Shown: piece after piece, positions 13,260 through 26,132 of the stretch
Numbering within the stretch: the first letter of the stretch is position 1
Layout: every line of letters starts with the position of its first letter
Assembly (NCBI RefSeq): GCF_963676685.1
Contig: NC_092350.1
Span: 25,358,001 to 25,422,000 of the forward strand
Origin: Mytilus edulis
Taxonomy: Eukaryota
Length of the DNA stretch: 64,000 nt
Reading direction: 5' to 3'
Notes under the pieces: model-generated
Database searches by the model: none
Told to the model about the DNA's origin: nothing
The model's input: only the letters and a program-made list of their open reading frames with translations
Translations under genes and position numbers: made by a program

Positions 13260-13940
13260 GTTTGCACTATCGGTTACTTTGATTGATAATAATCAATGGT
13301 ATGGTTTGCACTATCGGTTACTTTGGTTAATAATAATCAATGGTATGGTTTGCACTATCGGTTACTTTGATTAATAATAATCAATGGTATGGTTTGTACT
13401 ATCAGGTACTTTGATTGATTATAAAGCAGTTGTATGGTTTGTTCTATCATGTACTATGTGGGTTTTATAAATCAATGGGATGGTTTGTACTACTAGTATC
13501 AGGTATTTTGATAGTTTATAAATTAATGGTATGGTTTACACTAGCAGGTACTTTAATTGCTTAAAAGCGGTTGTATGGTTTGTTCTATCATGTACTTTGT
13601 GGGTTTATAAATCAATGGGATAGTTTGCAATATCTTAAAGGCCTAGACATTTATGTTTCAGGTTGTTCCGGTTTAGGACTGTATAAAGGAACTATCGGGG
13701 TACCCGTCTTCTAAAATATTGATGGCCAACAAAATGGGTGCTATCAGGTACTTCGTTGATAAAACAGTTATAATGTTTGTGCTTTCATGTTCTTTGTCAA
13801 GAAAAGCAATTGTGTGGTTTGTGGCATAAGGTTCTCTGTTCAAAAATCAATGGTATTCATAGGTTGCACTATCAGGTACTTTGTGTATAAATCAAAGGTT
13901 GCACTATCAGGTACTTAAATTGTTTATTGTAAATCAATAG
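13260..13940. repeat. Degenerate ~44-45-bp tandem repeat in the Kelch gene intron
   Basis: Repeated tttgcactatc(a/g)ggtactttgatt...aatcaatggtatgg; homologous to 30110-30980. Confidence 0.85.
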
Positions 13941-14018
13941 ATTGTTTTTGTTATTTGGATTTTATCTATGTAATGATCTGTCTTATGCCAAACCAAACCT
14001 TGCAATTTAATATTTCAG

Positions 14019-15569
14019 GAAACAAAAACTGGTCGGGTTTGCCTGGATGGTATGCTATTAGATGAAGACAGTTGCTCAGATTTGTTAAAGTTTATTTATA
14101 CAGGTGAACCTAAGGTGGTTAAAATGGATAATGCTGACATCCTACTCCATGTGGCCCACATGATGCAAATAAAGTCTCTCCATACGATATGTAAGCAGTT
14201 TCTAAGTAAATATGCTGAAAAGTCAAACTGTGTACATGTCTGGCAGGTTGCACAGAATCATGGCGAAACTGCAGATCTGGCCGAGATAGCACGATCGTTA
14301 ATTCTTAAACATTTTGCCGAAATTGCTAACAGTGAAACCAAACTTGATGAAATAGGTACAGTTGATACTCTTATATCTATTTTGGAATCTGATAATATCA
14401 ATGTAGTTGATAGAAGTGGTTTATTTTGTCAAGTCTCGTTTTCGTGGATAGTTGCTGATTTCGCAAATCGTATTCAATGTTTCCCAGAACTATGCGAGGC
14501 TATGATGAAAAATAGAGTGACTGCGAAAGACATATACGAAGAGGCTGTCAAGATTGAAGAATTTTCGACCAATCATGATATATTGCGACAGTTAGAAGAT
14601 TTGAGATCGCGTCCCAATTCTAATATTCAAGATGATGGTGGTTTTTCTACACCAGCAGACGATGTATTAATGGTAATTGGAGGCAGTGAGGGTGGAAACA
14701 ACTGCAGTGTCATGGGGTTTAGTTTTCCACAAAAGATTTGGTTTTCTTTAAAACCATTGCCATTAGACCCTGGTTATAATTTTGCCATGTGTTCGAGAGG
14801 CCTCGACATTTATGTGTCAGGTGGTTCCGGTCCCGGACCGTATAAAGGAACTGGCGGTAAAACGGTCTTTTTAAAATTTGATGGTCAAAAGAATGAATGG
14901 CATCAGCTTCAAAATTTACCAAAGGAAAGACAATATCACGTGATGTATGCCTTCGATAACGTCTACGTATTTGGTGGTAAGGACGACCAGGGGTGCACGA
15001 ATAGTGTTTTGAGATTCAATATTGCCACGAATACATGGATAAGCAGTAAAACTAGATTGTATGAACCTGTTAGATCAGCAGCTCACACTTGTGTAGGAAA
15101 GAAAGTATATTTATTTGGCGGGTTTCTGTCCGAAAGCACACTTTCCAATACGATTCAATGTTTTAACTGCGAATCGGAACAAAGCTACAGAGTTTCGTAT
15201 AAGTTACCAGATTTTGCACGACTTAATTCCAAAGCGGTCAACTACAAAGAGCAGATGATAGTTGTTTGTAAGGATGGAACCGTTTTGAAATGTTCCGAAA
15301 AAGACAGCACACGACCAATATCGAAGATAACTAATTTTGATAGGAAAGGATTTGGAGCGTGCTGTTTTGAGGACAAGATCTTGATTTGCGGCGGAGAGGT
15401 GTCGTTCAGTACACGAAAAGATATGATGCTGTATGATCTAAAATCCGAGATTGTTATACCAATGCAAGAAACACTACCAATTTCTGTATCCCACTTTTGT
15501 TTTACTAAGGCCATAGTGATGCGCGACCACCTCACAACTGAGTGTGGAACAACTATGGCTACATTTTAA
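14019..15569 (+). CDS. BTB-BACK-Kelch (KLHL-like) protein, coding exon 2 (rest of BTB, BACK, Kelch propeller); about 572 aa in total
   Basis: tttcag acceptor in frame with the 505-aa ORF; LLKFIYTG BTB motif; Kelch GG repeats (VIGG, IYVSGG, VYVFGG, VYLFGG, ILICGG). Confidence 0.93.
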   Translation, partial: ETKTGRVCLDGMLLDEDSCSDLLKFIYTGEPKVVKMDNADILLHVAHMMQIKSLHTICKQFLSKYAEKSNCVHVWQVAQNHGETADLAEIARSLILKHFAEIANSETKLDEIGTVDTLISILESDNINVVDRSGLFCQVSFSWIVADFANRIQCFPELCEAMMKNRVTAKDIYEEAVKIEEFSTNHDILRQLEDLRSRPNSNIQDDGGFSTPADDVLMVIGGSEGGNNCSVMGFSFPQKIWFSLKPLPLDPGYNFAMCSRGLDIYVSGGSGPGPYKGTGGKTVFLKFDGQKNEWHQLQNLPKERQYHVMYAFDNVYVFGGKDDQGCTNSVLRFNIATNTWISSKTRLYEPVRSAAHTCVGKKVYLFGGFLSESTLSNTIQCFNCESEQSYRVSYKLPDFARLNSKAVNYKEQMIVVCKDGTVLKCSEKDSTRPISKITNFDRKGFGACCFEDKILICGGEVSFSTRKDMMLYDLKSEIVIPMQETLPISVSHFCFTKAIVMRDHLTTECGTTMATF

Positions 15570-18500
15570 CAATTATATGCTAAATAATATCTGCAAATAA
15601 AAGAGACACCACCTCAGATTGAGTTGAAACAATCTGCATGTCTTTGATTCAATGTCGTTATCTGTAACAGACACATGTGTGTATTACATGTAGCTGCAAA
15701 GGCGAATACGCTGTTATATAACAGCATCTTTTCGCCAACATTTGAAAGCTTTTTCCATGTTCGATTCATATTTCTACATATGCAGTTTTTATACACAGAA
15801 TACCGTTACATGTTAAAATTTAAACGCATGAACACTTTCAATGCGCGCAAGTGGTGCACACTCGACCAAATAGTTTTGAGCAGTCTATATACATACTGTA
15901 TCTTAATTTCATACATAGTAAGGAGCAATGTTTTTGGTAATTGTGGTCCTAATGTATTGGCTTAATGTGACAGAGAATAAATTAAGGAATTCAGCTCCCT
16001 AGAAGTCGGTCTGTGTTCTTGAATTAACTTATTTTTGACCCCAACAGTAACCAGTTAAACTTGCTTTTCATTCGGTTACTAAAAGTGGTTGTGACAAAAT
16101 AAGCGGGCTGACATTTTTTTAATGTTTCCAATCTTCTTTTTTTTTAGTGAAGACGTTTAAGTTTAAGGGTGATCTCTCAAACCAATTGTTAAGTAAATCG
16201 GAGTATAAATGAATAATGAGCCCTTAACTATTATACATACCTTTTGTTGGACGTAAATTTTGAAACTTAATCAGACGTGTATATCAAAATCTTAAAAATG
16301 CTCTTTTCATTTTACTTGACTTGACTTAGAATACGCATAATCAAAACTCGTGTATTTTATCCAGATGATTGTGATGTGTTTTAAACATTTTAATCATTAG
16401 TATTGGCAATTATACCTCATTTTTACAACTGTCAAACAACTAAGAGGTTTAGCTAGCCAGCTATAAAACCAGGTTTATATGCCTGGAATATGACAGTTGT
16501 TGTCTATTCGTTTGAAGAGTTTGAGCTTTTGATTTTGCCATTTGATTAGGATCTTTTCATTTTTAATTTTCCTCGGAGTTCAGTATTTTTGCGATTTTAC
16601 TCCATATATATTTTTATTCACTTACAACATATGTCATATACAAGAAACAAAAAGATAATAATTTTTTTTTTATTTTTGGCTCAACAGTATAAATAAAACA
16701 GTGGTACAGATTACAACCATTTTACATTTACAATTCAATACATTGTTGGAACAAATCTGGTCATGACTTCTACACTAATGTATGATCATACTAAAGATAT
16801 TATGCCATACTAATGAGTATAGTTTACATTACAAATGCATATACTTTCATAGCTTGTGTAAACTGAAGGCTTGTTATAATATCTTGAAACTTGTTTCAGG
16901 GGTCTTGACAATATGTTTTTTTTTTTTCAAAACTTTTTAGGTGATTCTATGGCAATTTAAGAAAGAACATTCATACTCATTATAAAGTCATACAACTAAT
17001 TCATTTTATTGCACTTTAGATTTTTCTATCCTATTTATCTATAGTTGCCATTGTGGATATAAATCAATATATTCCATACTACACTACATTACATCTAGAT
17101 CTGTCAGGTGCTAATAACTACATACTTTGACAATTCTACATGATTTTTATATAAATAATTATTTTAACAAAATGAGTTACTTCCCTTAATAGAGAAATAG
17201 TTCTCTGTTTATCAAAGAGATTACGATACTGAACGAATTTAGCATATCATTTCCTCAGTAAAGTTGGGGAAAAAATGTAAAGAGAACTGTATGTTAAATA
17301 GATTGCAATGTATTTTCTTGATAGTTCCCTGGTCTTAATGTTAAACAAGAGTGCACACGCTGAAATGTCTCGCCTTCTATACTAATCATTGATATTATGT
17401 TGATAGTCCTAAGTATAAAGCTAAGCTTTATTACAACTATCACATAAACTTAACATTAACCAAGATAACTAAACAAAGACCAATGAACCTTCATTATCAA
17501 GGTCATTTGTTTAGGGGTTCACAACAAGGAACCAAGGATTTCGAAATTACGATGTGAACTTTTTACTTCGCGATTTTAATTTGTTTATCCAAGTTAAAAC
17601 GTAAGTTCAATCCGAGATATATATTCGGTGTGTCTTTTCGTTTAATTGACACGTTTATAATGTTTTAATAAATAATGCAGCTCACTACTGTACGATTGTA
17701 GGTTCACAGTTTGACACCTGACTAATTGATTATCACGAAAAGTTATATTGTATCAACAAATATGTTTTGATTGCATATCGATCATTGAAATTAATTAGAC
17801 AAACCGGTTTTGACAGGTAATAATTAATGTAATTAAGAGTATTGGGACTTCATAATAAGACCGGAATTCGGAATACACAGGGTCCGGTTTACAAAGGGTA
17901 TTTTAACAAAGACTTTGAATGGAAAAATATGGGACTTTCATTTTCGGCCGGAATGGACAGGAAACCGATTTATTCAGGGTCCGGTTTAATCAGGTTTGAC
18001 TGTATAATGCTAATGATCACAAAACACAGATCAAGTTTAAATTTTGGTGGCGTCACTTCAACCGTTCTACAGTAATGTCCCTTTACAAATGGAAAAAAAT
18101 GCTGACTTTTTCGTTTCCATTCTCTAAAAAAGTAAAATCACAAAAATACTGAACTCCGAAAAAAATTCAAAACGAATTTTTCTTATCAAATGGAAAAATC
18201 AAAAGCTCTAATTCATCAAACGAATGGATAACAACTGTCATATTCCTGACTTGGTACATCCATTTTCTAATGTGTGGGAAATGGTAGAATGAACCTGATT
18301 TTATAGCTAGCTAAATATCTCACTTGTATGACAATCGTATCAAATTCTATTAAATATTGACAAAGATGCGTGAACAAAACAAAAAGACAAAATAGGGGAA
18401 CAGCAGTCAACATGGTCAACATTGTGTTATTATAATCTTGTTATTACATTGGTTGCAATGATTTACGTTGATTTCCCCAAATAAAAACCGATAATTTCAC

Positions 18501-18591
18501 ATGTGAAATAAACGTCCTACAACAATAGGCGTTGTCATGGCGTCGGATCAAAACAAATTGTGAATGCTTACAAAATATGTAGTTCCTTACA

Positions 18592-21500
18592 TTTTTATAC
18601 GACCGCAAAGAATGAAAATTTTTTGGTCGTATATTGGTATCACGTTGGCGTCGTCGTCGTCGTCGTCCGAATACTTTTAGTTTTCGCACTCTAACTTTAG
18701 AAAAGGTGAATAGAAATCTATGAAATTTTAACACAAGGTTTATGACCACAAAAGGAAGGTTGGGATTGATTTTGGGAGTTGTGGTCCCAACATTTTAGGA
18801 ATTAGTGGCCAAAAAAGGCCCAAATAAGCATATTCTTGGTTTTCGCACTATAACTTTAGTTTAAGTAAATAGAAATCTATGAAATTTTGACACAAGGTTT
18901 ATTATGACCACAAAAGGAAGGTTGGGATTGATTTTGGGATTTTTAGTTCAAACAGTTTAGGAATTAGGGGCCAAAAAAGGGCCCAAATAAGCATTATTCT
19001 TGGTTTTCGCACAATAACTTTAGTATAAGTGAATAGAAATCAATGAAATTTAAACACAAGGTTTATGACCACAAAGGGAAGGTTGGGATTGATTTTGGGA
19101 GTTAAGGTCTGAACAGTTTAGGAATCAGGGCCCAAAAAGGGCCCCAAGTAAGCATTATTCTTGGTTTTCGCACCATAACTTTAGTATAAGTAAATAGAAA
19201 TCTATGAAATTTAAACACAAGGTTTATGACCACTAAAGGAAGGTGGGGTTTGATTTTGGGAGTTTTGGTCCTAACAGTTTAGGAATAAGGGGCCCAAAGG
19301 GTCCAAAATTGAACTTTGTTTGATTTCATCAAAAATTGAATAATTGGGTTTTTTTGATATGCCGAATCTAACTGTGTATGTAGATTCTTAATTTTTGGTC
19401 CCGTTTTCAAATTGGTCTACATTAAGGTCCAAAGGGTCCAAAATTAAACTTAGTTTGATTTTAACAAAAATTGAATCCTTGGGGTTCTTTGATATGCTGA
19501 ATCTAAAAATGTACTTAGATTTTGGATTATTGGCTCAGTTTTCAAGTTGGTCCAAATCGGGGTCCAAAATTAAACTTTGTTTGATTTCATCAAAAATTGA
19601 ATAATTGGGGTTCAAAGAAGCCAGATTATTTAATTTCACTTTCAGATATATTGATGATGTTCTTTCCATAAACAATCCGAACTTTTCTGATTGGGTTCCA
19701 TTAATATATCCCCCAGAACTAGAGATTAAAGAATCAACAGACACGGCTTCCTCCGCCTCATTTTTAGACTTATATCTCGAATTTGACTTACACAGTCATC
19801 TCAGTACCAGAATCTATGACAAACGAGACGATTTTAATTTTGAAATCATAAATTTCCCCCACCTTAGTAGCAATATACCAACTTCACCTGCATATGGAAT
19901 ATATATTTCCCAACTTATTCGATATTCAAGAGCTTGCAGCTCCTACTCAGACTTTGTAATACGTCATCAGTGTCTGAGTAGAAAGTTGATGAAACAGGGG
20001 TATGTCAAAGAACGTCTCGTTCTTTTTCTAAAAAAAGTTCATCGGAAGGTACCAAGACCTTGTTGATAAATATTCCGTATCAACTTCCTAAATAATACAC
20101 GATGGTCTTGATGTATAGATTCTTCGTACTGATGTTGTTTATCATCTTAACAACGTGTTTTATAGTTCTTTCATTTGTCTTTGTTCTATTATTAATATTA
20201 CTTTTACTGTTGAATGGTTTCATGTGATATCCGTTTCACGTGGCTCGGTACTTATACATCTCGTCAATGTGTTTGTATTGGCTTTCATTTTTTTTTTGTG
20301 GTTTGTTTTGTATTTGCGACTTTTTGTATTTCTTTTGTTCTTATAACGTGACTCTGTACTTTAAAAGATCCCGTCAGTATGATATTGTTCTATTATATGT
20401 CATTATGATATATTTCTATTATGAATTACAATATACGTTGAACCACAAACGTCAAAATCATTCAATCGCGTAGTGGTATTAACTATTTTTTGATTCTTAT
20501 AAATTCTATATATAACTTTTGGACTAGTTTAAATCTCGGTCTATTTCTTAAATTTATTCTTACATACTTTTGATTTTTTAACCCTGTATGCTAACATTCC
20601 CATGACAATTTTAAAATTGTTTGTACGCACATTGAACGACAAATTTATGTGACGTATAAAATTATCTGACGTCAGACACTCAATAAATGTGTTCGTAGAT
20701 AGTAGATGTTTTTGTGTTCTGTTAAATTGTTCCTTTTAAAATTGTTAAACGATGATGACTGATGTACTCATATTTTGACTATTATATTTATTGTGTCTGT
20801 TTATTTAACGCATCAATGTAAAAATATCGGAAATTGATGAGACTGTCATTAAAGTGAGAGGGTTAGCGCTATAGAACCAGGTTTAATCCACCATTTTCTA
20901 CATTTGAAAATGCCTGTACCAAGTCAGGAATATGACAGTTTTTGTCCATTCGTTTTTGATGCGTTTTGTTTTTTGATTTTGCCATGTGATTATGGACTTT
21001 ACCAATTGATCTTCCTCTAAGTTCAGTATTTTTGTGATTTTACTTTTTGATATGCCAAATCTAACTGTATGTAGATTCTTAATTTTTAGTCCCGTTTTCA
21101 AATTGGTCTACATTAAAGTCCATAGGGTCCAAAATTAAACTGAGTTTGATTTTAACAAACATTGAATTCTTGGGCTTTTTTGATATGCTGAATCTAAACA
21201 TGTACTTAGATTTTTGTCCAGAATAGTAGTTGAATCAACTTAAATCATTTTTTTTACAATATACAATGTATATTCACTTTTACTACCAACTGATAAATTA
21301 AAACAATCTTTACCATTCAGTGATAACAAGCACCTTTTGTTACATTTTAAAATTTTATGATGTCTTTAAATGAGTAGTTATTGTGTTGCAAACTCCATTA
21401 GAAATTTTAATTGAGATCAGTTTTGGAAAAAGGGAAAGGGGGATGTGAAAAAAATGGGGGGGGGGGTCAAATTTTTCTCATTTCAGATTTCATAAATATA

Positions 21501-21747
21501 AAGAAAATTTCTTCAAACATCTTTTTGAGAGGATTAATATTCAACAGCATAGTGAATTGCTCAAAGGCAAAACAAATATTTTAAGTTCATTAGACCACAT
21601 TCATTCTGTGTCCGAAACCTATGCTGTGTCAACTTTTTAATCACTTAGAGCTGAATCCAGCTTGAATGTTGTGTCCATACTTGCCCCAACCGTTCAGGGT
21701 TCAACCTCTGCGGTCGTATAAAACTGCGGCCTGCGGAGCATCTGGTT
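18592..21747 (+). mobile_element. Non-autonomous Helentron-type (HINE-like) element, copy 1, with internal ~160-bp and ~130-bp tandem units and a nested Penelope-like insertion
   Basis: 5' tttttatacgaccgca with nearby inverted ggtcgtata and (GTC)n; 3' tgcggtcgtataaa followed by a GC-rich short hairpin and ctggtt; second copy at 26133-28213. Confidence 0.85.
19614..21045 (+). mobile_element. 5'-truncated Penelope-like retroelement (RT C-terminus plus 3' region) inserted in the HINE
   Basis: FRYIDDVL...SFLDL...IYDKRDDFNF...YISQLIRYSRAC; splits the host sequence ggggttc|tttgatatgcc that is intact in copy 2; frameshift in an A-run near 20030. Confidence 0.85.
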
Positions 21748-24700
21748 ACATCTGTTGTACTTGTGCAGCCACTTCCTGTTTGCAGTTTGAAATTTGTGAC
21801 ACTCATTGCACATGGAAAATTGTTAAAGTTTTCTTGGCTTACAATGATGTAAATGTCTTGGCTGTATATAATGGTATTCAAAAACTGTTTATGTATAATT
21901 TTACTTGTAGAAGTTATTTGGTAGATATACATACAGTTACAGATATAGTGTTCTTATTTTATTCATTAGTTGTAGAACATTTTCAGTCATTAGAATTGAT
22001 ATTTTGTATGATACTTTCATGATCAATTGCAGATTTCACATGTATTTTATATTCCCCTCTTTTCCATCGAACATCTATACAACACTGTAAAACGAAATAG
22101 GCTGCATTCATTTAATCAAAATGAGGAAACAATTTGTTGTACTATTTAGGTTAAAGTTTATTAGACCATACAATTTAACTTGACCTCTTCCAAACAGTAG
22201 TCTACATACCAGACATAAAGACGTTTACACAATCCTTTGTATCTATAAACACACAAGTCAATACCCTCGGCCTATCACAAGAGTTCACTTGGTGGTAAAA
22301 AGATGATGTTATTTTGTGTCAGAAGAAAAGAGTCACAGTGGCTGAATAAAGAATTTAATCGGGAGTGTACAATGATCCAATCTAAATTGTTTACTGTCTG
22401 AAGAACAGGATAGTTTACCCTGTGGGGTAAGTTGTTTTAGATTACGTCAATATATTTTATATTTATTCTACATTTAACTATACAACAAATATTTAAATTA
22501 TCAGGAGGGTAAAAAAGAGAAACTTGTGTATTTCATATTTTTGATTTCATTTTTTTCTCTTGAAGAACTGGAATATTAACATATTTTTTAGATAATGTAA
22601 GAATGCTATAAGCTTTGTTAGTTTCATAGCTTATTATAACCAGACATGATTTGAACATTTTTATGAGTGAAATCATTTCATTTTTGCCAGTTTAAAGTTT
22701 GCATTTTGTACATTTTCTTATTGTTGTGTATTTTTGTGTAGAAAATATGGATGTAACTTAAGCATGTTAAGAAAACTGAACTTTTTTTCTAAATAAACAA
22801 AAACCAATAATCAGCTGATGATTATAGTCGGCTACTATGCACTTTTAGCTACAAAACAGAATATTTAGTATTTAGTTTGAACTTTATTTACATATTTATA
22901 TAGCATAAAATGATTTTTTTTGTAACGATAAATTTCAGCATAAACAGACCCATATTCAAAACTGATTAAGCAAACTATATTGACACAAGGCCTTCATTTG
23001 TATCAGGTACATGTATGTATAAAAGACATGCACTTAGTACTGTCAACACTTGATATATTAAAATGTAATAAGTATTTACCCTCTACTATAAGTCCAATAC
23101 AGTACTCATCTTGACTTGTTAGTAATTGTAATATGTTGGTGTTGAAGGGTGCCATTCACTTCTTTGTTCGATTGGCTGACATAAATTTTCACAAAATTGT
23201 ACTCTAATTTTGGAATGTCGAATCCGAATTGATATTTGCACAGGTAATTTCATTTTATTTTGGAATTTTTGTGAATTGGTCAGAAAGAAAAGAATTAACA
23301 CAGATTTTAGTTATGATCATTAAAGGGGTTTTCCAAATTTAGAAATCTAATTAATTTGGGAAGAACATTTTGATTTCTGAAAGCCTTCTTAGACTTCTTA
23401 TGAATCTTTATATGATAAATGCCTAAACGTTTACATTGAAGTATCACTCCAAAAATTGGCTTGATCTATGTCCTTGCTAAGGCCTGCTTTAACTTGTTTA
23501 AGTTTGTAATTACATCATTTTTTTGGAAACCACTTGAGGTAGATTAATGGTAATTGGTATGATGTTGTATTAGCATTGGCTGTTACCTCTCAGTAATGGT
23601 CGATTGACTCTGAAGCTTTTGCATAGTTCACAAGTTTGTTATGATGTCAGTTTTAGTTGAACCAAATTAGCTTTTGTAAGCTGTTGTATTAACATTGGCA
23701 TTTCTGTTTTCAAGAAAGGTTATTTAGCCCTGCAACTTCAGTCATGCTTCATTGACTTTGAATGTTTTGCTTAGTTTACATGCCAGAGTATTATCATTTT
23801 AATTTCAACATTAGCTTTATACTATTAGAAATACATTAGAAGATGTTTCAACAGTTTATAACGTTTGCTGTTATGAAGTTGTGGTCCTTCATGGAATGAA
23901 AAATCATGTTTTTGTATTTTCCATTTATGTTGTTTCTAATGACAAAGTGGAAGTCAAGTTTGATTTTGACAAGTATCAAATTAAATTTTACTTTTAAATT
24001 ATAGTACACTAACCTATAGTTGTTCATCTCTGTACTATGGTCCCTGGTAGATAGTTGTCTCATTGGCAATCATACCACATCTCATTTTATATAGAAATTT
24101 AATTTATTAGCTAAATTACCAGAGTTGTCAATTAAATCAAACAAATTATATGATTTAATGAGAGATAATTTTCCTATACAAAATTGAGAGAAAGCATTGA
24201 AAATGTATCTTTGTCTGGTTTGTTTCTGTTTGGTAGAATTTTACGAGGGGCCAATACAATGATTAATAGCTTCTATGTCAAAAATGATCCTTTTTCAAAT
24301 TACCATTTTTATTGAATTTTAGAAATATTAGCAAAGGGAAATAATTCTCATTTAGGAAAACTGTTGTGCCTGACTATAGGAAGCAAATGACATGTGCTTG
24401 GTGTATTTTGTTGGATATGATAGTTCTTGAAATTTGAAGTGCAGTGTCAATACCTACAGCCTGTTCTACTTATAAATTGTCTTCTTTGTCCAAGAGTTAT
24501 AATAGGAAACAAAGTATATATATATGATCTGGTTACATTGATTTACTTTTCTTGATAACAGAGTTATAGAAGAAAAGATATTCATTTTATCTATAGTACA
24601 ACTCGGATTGCATGTCTCATTCAATGTGCCGGTGTTGAAATATACAAGAGAAGTTGTATTAAAACTTTTATCTTTTATTCATTCAGCATGAAATTCAATA

Positions 24701-26132
24701 ATGATTCATAAAGGATGCAAGATGTTCGTGGTGTACATTTTTGTGTTTTCATTATCCCAAGCTTTTTTAGTTCTTTGCCCATACCCCCTACCCCCCCCCC
24801 CCCCCCCTTGAAATCAAATTGTGACTTAACAAGTCAACGTTTTGTTCAAATTGTGACTGTTAAAGTCGAGTTCATGAGTTCAACGAACCCCCCCCCCCCC
24901 CCCCCCCTTTTGGAAATTCCTGGCTACGGGCCTGTTTGCCTATTTATGTTTATCCTTAGCTGTTGTTTATCCATTTGTTGATTTTTTAGATATCAGTTTC
25001 CTTGTTCATTTGATGTATAATTTGTTATAATGGTGACATGAAGAAATCGGATTATCTAACATATAGATTTACTGCTTATAAAAAATGGACAAGAAGTTTT
25101 AAATGCCTCATTAGATTTAAGAAAGAAATGATAAGTGTGTTTTGCTTTTTTGTTTTTTTCTATGAAAATGAGAAGATGTGGTAGTATTTCAATTGAAACA
25201 GCCTCCACCTAATGAAGTAGAAGTTAAACAACTGTTCACTGTATCTACTTCAACAATGAGAAAAACCCATTCAGCATAGCAAGCTATGGAAGGGCCCCTA
25301 AAGGACAATTTAAAAAAAATCAATTGAGAAAACAGTCTGATTTAGATACAAAACAATAAACAAAAACTAATATGATATGCATCAACAAATGACAACCACC
25401 GAATAGCAGGCTCCTTACTAGGGACAGGAACATACAAAAAGCCAGGGTTTAACATATTTGTGGGAATGCCAACTTTCCCCCTTTTTCTGGGACAGTTGAG
25501 TTACATCACAAGATATGAAAAAAACTATAAAAATCAGTTGAAAAGATAAATACAAAGCAACTAATATGAAAATCACTTATCTAAGACTTAAATATCAATC
25601 AGTGCTCATAGAACTTCTAATGGATTTAGTGTAAAGACATTATTAACAATCAACGAAAAATATAAACTTGTGCAATATCAAAATATATGTACATGTATCA
25701 ACAGTTTGTATGATCTGGATGTACATATATGTAAAGCTATTATATTTAATTTGGTTTTAATTAATGGATAGCAAAATCAAATATTTATATAAAAAAAAAC
25801 AATAATCAAAGATAAAAATATTGAACTGGTAACCTTTATAAGTTTATATAAGGGATCAATAGTTTTCATAAATCGTGTCTATATTTATCAGCTTTGTGAA
25901 CAACATCCCTGTACAAATTAGGATGTGCTTTCCAGTTTGTAATAGTTTTCTACAGCAACAGCCATGATTTCCAAGTTAAATCTTTAACCAATTTGTATAT
26001 AGCTAAATAATCCACTTTTGGTCCATAATACTAGTTAATGTTTCTTCATAAATAAGTTCAGCTTCTTTTGATATTGATTCAGGTATTAGATGGAAAGATG
26101 TTTTATATTTATAGATACAAGTTGAAATTATC

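Noticed and set aside
14719-15535. Antisense ORFs within the Kelch exon
   Set aside because: Shadow frames of the real coding strand
20120-21045. SECIS or hammerhead in the Penelope-like 3' region
   Set aside because: No convincing AUGA/AA/GA stem-loop or CUGANGA...GAAA pair found by eye
22398-22430. CTGAAGA followed by an ACAGG/CCTGT stem (hammerhead-like)
   Set aside because: No GAAA box or stems I/III follow
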